Assembly: GCA_964402035.1 (NCBI GenBank)
Contig: CAYOAM010000003.1
Location: 162,657-226,656 of the forward strand
From: an uncultured Candidatus Saccharibacteria bacterium
GTDB lineage: Bacteria; Patescibacteriota; Minisyncoccia; Phycocordibacterales; UBA918
Direction of reading: 5' to 3'
Length of the DNA: 64,000 bases
Part shown: positions 57,681 to 64,000 of the stretch, piece by piece
Position numbering within the stretch: position 1 is the first letter of the stretch
How the letters are laid out: every line of letters starts with the position of its first letter
Notes under the pieces: generated by a model
Told to the model about the DNA's origin: nothing
The model's database searches: none
The model's input: only the letters and a program-made list of their open reading frames with translations
Position numbers and translations under genes: made by a program

Positions 57681-57896
57681 TTACATTTCGTCAACATCGT
57701 CAAATGAATCATGCTCATCGTCGTCATCATCTTCAGCAAATGGGTCTTTTTCTTCAACTTCTTCTTCAAAAATAGCCGCAGGAATTTCCGTTTCAAGAGG
57801 TAGCGGAAGTTCAGCGTCAACGATCTCATCGTCCTCATCATCGCCTAGATCCACGGGAGCATCGACGTCCTTATCTTTTTCCTCATCCTCGTCCAT
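57681..57896 (-). CDS. Very acidic small protein
   Basis: MDEDEEKDKD...DDDDDEHDSFDDVDEM. Confidence 0.6.
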   Translation of the reverse strand: MDEDEEKDKDVDAPVDLGDDEDDEIVDAELPLPLETEIPAAIFEEEVEEKDPFAEDDDDDEHDSFDDVDEM

Positions 57897-58008
57897 GGTG
57901 TGTGCTATGTAAAGTTCAAACATAATGTGTGCTGTATCTAATCTATGAGTTATTTCTACCAGAGTGTACGACTTATAAAAAACTTGTACATATGGTTTAT
58001 GTGGATAA

Positions 58009-58479
58009 TTATCTCTCGCGTGCGAGCGCTGTCATCGCAATCGCGATTGCATCATACTCATCATCCAAGGCGTCATGTCGTACGCTAGGAATGAGTTTTT
58101 GCACCATGCATGCTACCTGTTTTTTGTCACTTTTACCATACCCGGTTACCGCCACTTTTACTTCTTGTGGAGTGTACTCAAAAATACGGCAATGATGACA
58201 CTGTGCAAGGTATACCACTATGCCCCGTACTTCTGCAACCCCCATGGCGGTCCGTTGGTTTTTGTTGAAATAGAGACGTTCAAGAGCAACGGCAGTGGGT
58301 GTGTAGGTGGTGAGAATCTTCTCGAGTGCTGCACCCATTTTTTCTAGTCGAAATGATAGCGGATCTGCTTTATTGGTCGTAACGCATTCTGAGTGGAGCA
58401 AGATGCCGTTATGCGCATCTTTGTCCATGACGGCAACACCGAGACGGTCGTAGCCAGGGTCTATAGCGACGACGCGCAT
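58009..58479 (-). CDS. ruvC: Holliday junction resolvase RuvC
   Basis: AIDPG, ALERLYF, YTPQEVK..VTGYG, DDEYDAIAIA. Confidence 0.95.
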   Translation of the reverse strand: MRVVAIDPGYDRLGVAVMDKDAHNGILLHSECVTTNKADPLSFRLEKMGAALEKILTTYTPTAVALERLYFNKNQRTAMGVAEVRGIVVYLAQCHHCRIFEYTPQEVKVAVTGYGKSDKKQVACMVQKLIPSVRHDALDDEYDAIAIAMTALARER

Positions 58480-58483
58480 GGTG

Positions 58484-59032
58484 TTATGAAGCGTGTTCGA
58501 TTTCATCTGCTGCAGTATACACGTCTTGCACATCATCGTGATCTTCGAATTGCTCGATAAGTTCGGCAAGTAGCGCCCCATCCTTCTCGCTCAACTCTAA
58601 TACAGCTGTGGGTGCATACCCGTGTCCCTTTTTTATGAACGCCCATGCTGCGGATCCTGGTGTTCCTAGGGCATAGCCATTTTTTGAAAGGAGGTGGCGC
58701 ATCTCTTGGCTGGTGCGGTTCTTATTGTCCGTTTGCGTGACAATGAGTAGTGCAACGCCACCTGGACCATACCCTTCATAAACGATTTCCTCGAGCACTG
58801 CTCCATCGGTGCCCATACCCTTTGTCACGGCGCGGTCGATATTGTCGTTTGGCATAAAATCAGCGCGAGCACGCTCAATAGCGGCACGAAGGCCTGGTGC
58901 ATCCTTGCTCCCTGCAGCTTTTTTCGCTTCAACAGCTATAAAGCGTGCATGTTTTGAAAAAAGCTTACTTTTCTTTGCGTCGGTCGCTGCTTTTTTGTGC
59001 TTTACTTTTGACCATTTGTTGTGTCCTGACAT
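58484..59032 (-). CDS. YebC/PmpR family protein (short form)
   Basis: MSGHNKWS, YEGYGPGGVA, DNKNRT, DDVQDVY. Confidence 0.93.
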   Translation of the reverse strand: MSGHNKWSKVKHKKAATDAKKSKLFSKHARFIAVEAKKAAGSKDAPGLRAAIERARADFMPNDNIDRAVTKGMGTDGAVLEEIVYEGYGPGGVALLIVTQTDNKNRTSQEMRHLLSKNGYALGTPGSAAWAFIKKGHGYAPTAVLELSEKDGALLAELIEQFEDHDDVQDVYTAADEIEHAS

Positions 59033-59094
59033 GTTGCACAGAGTGTACCGTGCACAGTATCTGAAATCAAATCCTCGAGCGTTGCATGTGCGTG

Positions 59095-60111
59095 CTAGCG
59101 GTGGTCGCGCATTTCGATAGACCGCATGTGTTCGAAGGCGGCCGCAGTTGCTATCCTACCTCGTGGTGATCGATCAATAAAACCAAGGCGCAGTAAGTAT
59201 GGTTCCAAAACGTCTTCAAGTGTTGCTTGTTCTTCACTCAAGGCTGCTGCAAGGGTGTTTAATCCCACCGGGCCACCATGAAATTTATGAATCAATGTCT
59301 GCAAGAGGGCGCGGTCAGGGGCGTGGAGGCCGAAGGAATCTATTTCAAGTAGCGTAAATGTGCGTTCGATGATGTCCTTTGATAGCGTGCCTCCTTCGAG
59401 CTGGGCAAGATCGCGGCAGCGCTTCAAAAGATAGTTTGCTGTACGGGGTGTCGCGCGGCTGCGAGATCCAATACGAAAGAGCGCTTCCTCATCGGCGGGA
59501 ATATTGAGCATTACTGCAGAGCGTTTGAGGATTTCGAGCATTTCGTCATTGCTATAGTACTCAAGTCGAAACGTGCCGCCGCCAAATCGTGATCGCAACG
59601 GAGCGGAGAGCATCGATATGCGTGTCGTGGCGGCGACGAGTGTAAATGGCGGCAAATCGAGTTGTACGGTACGTGCTGAAGGACCCTTGCCAATAATAAT
59701 ATCAAGCACACCTGATTCCATGGCGGGGTAGAGCACCTCCTCAATTGATTTTGAAAGTCTATGAATTTCGTCAATAAAAAGTACATCGCCTGGAGAAAGG
59801 TTGGTAAGGATTGCCGCCAAATCACCAACACGTTCTATGGCAGGGCCAGACGTTGTCCGCATGTTGGTGCCGAGGGTTCGCGCAATCAGGTGGGCCAGTG
59901 TCGTTTTACCGAGCCCTGGTGGACCATAGAGCAAAATATGTTCCGCAGCATGTCCTCTTTCGCGGGCAGCAGTCAGCAAAATACGTAGGTTTTCCTTCAC
60001 TTTTGCTTGCCCAATGTATTCTTCCCATCCGGTAGGTCGCAGGGTCTGATCAAGGTTATGAATTCCCTCGGTAGGGCGGGATTCAGTCTCTTTTTTGGGG
60101 GTACTTGACAT
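59095..60111 (-). CDS. ruvB: Holliday junction helicase RuvB
   Basis: LRP...GPPGLGKTT, FIDEIHRL, LYPAME, GGPVG, EPYL. Confidence 0.97.
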   Translation of the reverse strand: MSSTPKKETESRPTEGIHNLDQTLRPTGWEEYIGQAKVKENLRILLTAARERGHAAEHILLYGPPGLGKTTLAHLIARTLGTNMRTTSGPAIERVGDLAAILTNLSPGDVLFIDEIHRLSKSIEEVLYPAMESGVLDIIIGKGPSARTVQLDLPPFTLVAATTRISMLSAPLRSRFGGGTFRLEYYSNDEMLEILKRSAVMLNIPADEEALFRIGSRSRATPRTANYLLKRCRDLAQLEGGTLSKDIIERTFTLLEIDSFGLHAPDRALLQTLIHKFHGGPVGLNTLAAALSEEQATLEDVLEPYLLRLGFIDRSPRGRIATAAAFEHMRSIEMRDHR

Positions 60112-60199
60112 AAAAATTAATTCATGCTAGTATAGCACACATACGTTCCCTCGTGCACCGACTCCACCAGGAGCACGCACATTGTTTTTCTCACATTTT

Positions 60200-60420
60200 G
60201 TAGTAAGACCCCACGAAATGGGGTTATGGGTTGTGTGCTATCCAGGCGATAACCCTCTACGCAACGTTGGCAACCACACGAGGTTGTTTTGGTTTTTGAC
60301 CTCGGTCGAAGTACTGGGGCACACCTTAGTTTGGCATGTCACTTTTTTAATAGAAAGGTTTGCGTAGAGGGTTATATTCTGGATCGCATCTCAAGGTACA
60401 GAGGGTTGAAAAGGATTCTA
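60200..60420. ncRNA. Candidate structured sRNA between pilB and ruvB
   Basis: Perfect 16-bp stem 60249-60264/60360-60375 extended by TCCAG/CTGGA, with internal hairpins. Confidence 0.45.
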
Positions 60421-60471
60421 AGGCGACTATAGCATACGCCTATAGCGGGGTGGAATATTGACCGCTAGAAA

Positions 60472-62151
60472 TTACTGTGCGGTGACCGGTGTTTCCTCTT
60501 TATACAGGTCAACAACGCGCTCAAGCTCATCAATAGAAGTTGTGCCATCGATTACTTTCACAACACCGTCCTGCTGCATATTTGGTATATGTTGTGGTTG
60601 TGCTGCCTTTATGATTTCGGCCTCAGAAAGATCGTTCATGATGGTTTCTGCGACGACAGGAGTGATTTGTATACCCTCATATATACCCGTGCGTCCCTTG
60701 AAACCACTTCCGCTACACTTGTCGCATCCAACCGATTCAAAAATGTGAACACCGGCGACCGCGATCGGCATTGGGTACCCGACCAAAATACGCGTAAAGC
60801 GGCTTTCTTCAGTAGGTGTGAGTGCGCGCTCGCGTTTGCAGTGCGGACAGAGCTTTCGTACGAGTCGTTGTGCGAGTACGAGATTCATAGCGCTCCCCAT
60901 GGTGCGTGTATCGATACCAAGATCGCGCAAGCGGGGGAATGCACCTGCTGCACTATTGGTGTGCAGTGTTGAAAATACTAAGTGACCCGTGAGCGCGGCG
61001 TTTATGGCGGTTTCTGCCACATCGCGATCACGGATTTCTCCCACCATGATGATGTCAGGATCTTGTCGCAAAATTGCACGCAGTCCGCTTGCAAAAGAAT
61101 ATTCGTCGGTTGTCTGAGTTTGTACGATGCCGGCAATGTGGTATTCAATAGGATCTTCGATGGTGATTATTTTTACTTCAGAGTTGTGTACCATGCGCAA
61201 AAAAGTATAGAGCGCTGTGGTTTTTCCAGATCCCGTAGGTCCAGTCGTGATAATCATGCCGTTTGGTCGTTTGAGCTCTGTTTCAATAACGGAAAGTAGA
61301 AAATTATTTATTCCGAGGTCAGCAATGGTGACATCGATATTCGATGGGTCCAAGAAACGCATCACAATTGATTCTCCATATCCACCCGGGATAACTGAAG
61401 CGCGAATTTCGTACTCCTTTTTTCCAACATCGATCGTAAAGCGTCCGTCTTGAGCGCGGTCGGTGATATTGAGTTTAATACCCGCAAGGAGCTTAAGACG
61501 CCCACGCAAGAGATCACAGGTGTGTGTGTCGATTGTGGCTACATTTATGAGTACACCATCAAGTCGGTAGCGTATGTGCGTATCATTTTCCTCGGGCTCA
61601 ATATGCATATCGGACGCTTTGAGGGAAATGGCGCCGCCAAGAAATATCGTCAAAAGAAGTGAGGCATTGTTTCGGTCGTTGCCTTTGAGGACACCTTCGA
61701 TGGCGACTGCGACATCCGCGGTAGATTTTATTGCGCCAGCCATGCGCTCAATTTCTTCGGCGGTGATACCGAGAACTCCCTTTTCACTGGCACTTGTTTT
61801 TATAATGTCGTGATAACGCTCCCATGCGTGCTCCAAGCTCGCTGTTGAGACCATGAAGATCGTGATCGTGAAATTGCGTTCTTTGAGTGCTGCAAGAGCA
61901 TCAATCGTCGCTTTATTATTGGGATTGCGAATTGCGACCGACAGTTTCGTTCCTGCGCGCATAAAAATAGCGAGTTCAGCCGCGCGCGCAACCGTTTCTG
62001 GTATCAAGCGTATTGCCTCAATGTTTATCACTGTTCCAATGAGGTTTGTGTATTGGTGACCGTATTTTATTGAGAGCGTTTTAATCAATTCTTCCTCCTC
62101 TTGTCGGTGGAGAAGGGAGACTTTGTCGCTCACATCATCAAATCGAAGCAT
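60472..62151 (-). CDS. Type IV pilus/T2SS assembly ATPase (PilB/GspE)
   Basis: ASDMHIEP, GPTGSGKTT, TIEDPIEY, LRQDPDIIMVGEIRD, tetra-Cys motif. Confidence 0.93.
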   Translation of the reverse strand: MLRFDDVSDKVSLLHRQEEEELIKTLSIKYGHQYTNLIGTVINIEAIRLIPETVARAAELAIFMRAGTKLSVAIRNPNNKATIDALAALKERNFTITIFMVSTASLEHAWERYHDIIKTSASEKGVLGITAEEIERMAGAIKSTADVAVAIEGVLKGNDRNNASLLLTIFLGGAISLKASDMHIEPEENDTHIRYRLDGVLINVATIDTHTCDLLRGRLKLLAGIKLNITDRAQDGRFTIDVGKKEYEIRASVIPGGYGESIVMRFLDPSNIDVTIADLGINNFLLSVIETELKRPNGMIITTGPTGSGKTTALYTFLRMVHNSEVKIITIEDPIEYHIAGIVQTQTTDEYSFASGLRAILRQDPDIIMVGEIRDRDVAETAINAALTGHLVFSTLHTNSAAGAFPRLRDLGIDTRTMGSAMNLVLAQRLVRKLCPHCKRERALTPTEESRFTRILVGYPMPIAVAGVHIFESVGCDKCSGSGFKGRTGIYEGIQITPVVAETIMNDLSEAEIIKAAQPQHIPNMQQDGVVKVIDGTTSIDELERVVDLYKEETPVTAQ

Positions 62152-62208
62152 ACATATATCGTAGCATGGGGTCGGGCGCTTCTGTGGTGATTTTGTTATA
62201 CTGCCGGT

Positions 62209-62679
62209 ATGGAATCAGTTAGTCAGGTGCGCACTATCACGCTTGATGATATGTCGGTGTTAGTCCGCGAAGTGTTGGCTGCAGTACGCGCGCGCCAAGG
62301 CTTTGGCGCGCGCGTACTAGCGCTTACGGGCGAGTTGGGTGCTGGCAAGACTACCTTCACCAAAGAGTTGGCAAAACAGCTCGGTGTTGCGGATGATGTG
62401 ACGAGTCCAACATTTGTGATATTGAAAAACTATCAAACAACCGACGCCAATTTTAAAACACTGACACATATCGACGCGTACCGCATCGAAGATCCGCGAG
62501 AGCTTACGGTGCTGGGTTTTGAAGATATACTTAAAGACACCGAGCGGCTCTTGGTTATTGAGTGGGCAGAGCGTGTTGATGCGCTACTTCCCGAAACGGC
62601 ATACCGTATGACCTTTTCGCATCTTGATGCATCGTCACGACATATCGCAATCGATACGGGAGCTACAACATACGTATGA
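62209..62679 (+). CDS. tsaE: tRNA threonylcarbamoyladenosine ATPase TsaE
   Basis: GELGAGKTT, SPTF, HIDAYR, IEWAE. Confidence 0.95.
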   Translation: MESVSQVRTITLDDMSVLVREVLAAVRARQGFGARVLALTGELGAGKTTFTKELAKQLGVADDVTSPTFVILKNYQTTDANFKTLTHIDAYRIEDPRELTVLGFEDILKDTERLLVIEWAERVDALLPETAYRMTFSHLDASSRHIAIDTGATTYV

Positions 62680-64000
62680 AAAAGACCACTCCAAAGAAAG
62701 AAAAAAGGGAAGTGGTCCGCAAGCGTCTGGTGCTTCTTGATGCGCACGCTATTTTGCATCGCGCGTACCACGCACTCCCTGATTTCACATCTCCAAAAGG
62801 GGAGCCAACGGGAGCGCTCTATGGCCTCGTTGCTATGCTCCTTAAGATTATTGATGATTTGAAGCCCGACTACATGATCTCGTGTTTTGATTTGCCGGAG
62901 CCAACATATCGACATGATGCGTTTGCAGGGTACAAAGCAGGGCGGGTAAAAACGGACGATGCGCTGGTGGCACAGATTGATCGATCGCGAGATGTATTTG
63001 CTGCATTTGGTATTCCGATATTTGAACATGTTGGGTTTGAGGCTGACGACATGCTGGGCACCATCGTGCATCAAGCCAAGGGGTATCCCAACCTCGATAT
63101 TGTGATTGCATCGGGCGATATGGACACGATGCAGCTTATTGATGGAAAACGTGTGCAGGTGTATACCCTACGCAAGGGGATCAAGGATACCGTTATCTAT
63201 GACGAAAAGGGGGTGAAGGAGCGCTACGGTTTTGGCCCCGAGATGATTCCTGACTACAAAGGTCTACGCGGGGATCCATCAGATAATATTCCGGGTATTG
63301 TGGGTATTGGTGAAAAAACGGCGACAGAACTCATTGTCAATTTTGGCACGATTGAAAAGTTGTATGCAACGCTCAAAAAAAATGAGCAGAAATTTGTTGC
63401 GGCCGGCATCAAACCACGCATGATTGAACTTTTGAAAACAAACGAAGAAGAGGCGTTGTTTTCAAAGATGCTCGCAACAATTCGTCTTGACGCACCCGTC
63501 TCCTTTTTGCTACCGGATCATTCATGGAGGGATTCGCTCGACGTTGAAAAACTCCTAGCACTCTTTAGCGAGCTGGGTTTCCGGACGCTTGCTGATCGCG
63601 TGCGTACACTGTTTGGGGTCGCTAAGGTGGTGGAAGAGAAAAAGGAGGAAGAGCAGGTGTCGAAAGATGAGATTGAACACGTTGGATTGGCGCTATGGGT
63701 ATTGCGATCCGATATCACGAGTCCGACGCTCGAAGATATTCTTGCGTATGGCAGTACCGAAGGAAAGTGTGCTGATTTTGCAAGTACGAAAGCATTTATT
63801 TTTGAATCGTTGAAAAAACAATCATTGGATACGGTTTTTGAATCGATTGAGGTCCCTTTGATTCCGGTTGTACATCGCATGGAGAGGGAGGGCATTGCAC
63901 TTGATGTGCCATATTTAGGAGAGCTCTCAAAGAAAATGCATGTTGAACTTGCCGCAGCGGAAAAGACGATTCACAAAAGTGCAGGTATTGAGTTTAATAT
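62676..64000 (+). CDS. polA: DNA polymerase I (5' part, runs off window end; not in ORF track)
   Basis: ATG 62676: LVLLDAHAILHRAYHALP, GFEADDMLGT, SGDMD, LRGDPSDNIPGIVGIGEKTA. Confidence 0.95.
   Translation, partial: MKKTTPKKEKREVVRKRLVLLDAHAILHRAYHALPDFTSPKGEPTGALYGLVAMLLKIIDDLKPDYMISCFDLPEPTYRHDAFAGYKAGRVKTDDALVAQIDRSRDVFAAFGIPIFEHVGFEADDMLGTIVHQAKGYPNLDIVIASGDMDTMQLIDGKRVQVYTLRKGIKDTVIYDEKGVKERYGFGPEMIPDYKGLRGDPSDNIPGIVGIGEKTATELIVNFGTIEKLYATLKKNEQKFVAAGIKPRMIELLKTNEEEALFSKMLATIRLDAPVSFLLPDHSWRDSLDVEKLLALFSELGFRTLADRVRTLFGVAKVVEEKKEEEQVSKDEIEHVGLALWVLRSDITSPTLEDILAYGSTEGKCADFASTKAFIFESLKKQSLDTVFESIEVPLIPVVHRMEREGIALDVPYLGELSKKMHVELAAAEKTIHKSAGIEFN

Noticed and set aside
60145-60170. GACTCCACCA as a tmRNA/tRNA 3' end
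   Set aside because: No preceding T-arm (GTTCRA) and no matching acceptor 5' strand.
1-64000. Alternative genetic code (TGA=Gly)
   Set aside because: Conserved genes are full length under code 11 and several end at TGA (e.g. tsaE, comM 3' part).

Overview
Origin-proximal chromosome segment of a small-genome bacterium. Gene content and style (compact housekeeping genes, short YebC, DUF5667/ECF sigma pair, SWIB protein, PrgI/VirB4/VirB6/pilin locus, PilB, genetic code 11) point to Patescibacteria/CPR, probably Parcubacteria; this is an inference. The backbone includes three tRNAs, a cluster of nine parS-like palindromes around yraN, cca, xth, a xerC/D-like recombinase, rpsO, pnp, pcrA/uvrD, rsmA, yidC-rnpA-rpmH-dnaA-oriC-dnaN, PBP1A, ruvC, yebC, ruvB, pilB, tsaE and polA. 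The main accessory feature is a ~10.7 kb AT-rich element (22399-33136) inserted into comM at a TT crossover. Joining its ends gives a symmetric attP, and precise excision rebuilds an intact 506-aa ComM. It carries a large serine recombinase plus a degenerate partner, a LexA/S24 repressor, a replication-initiator-like gene, a type II R-M pair, an ImmA/IrrE-like protein lacking HEXXH paired with a PIN protein, and several structured RNA-like leaders. Other leads are an apparent SciP(DUF1153)-CtrA DNA-binding-domain fusion, a ~425-nt ornate ncRNA candidate after cca, further ncRNA candidates, and a recurring tRNA 3'-end duplication module. All calls are by eye from motifs; no database searches were run.
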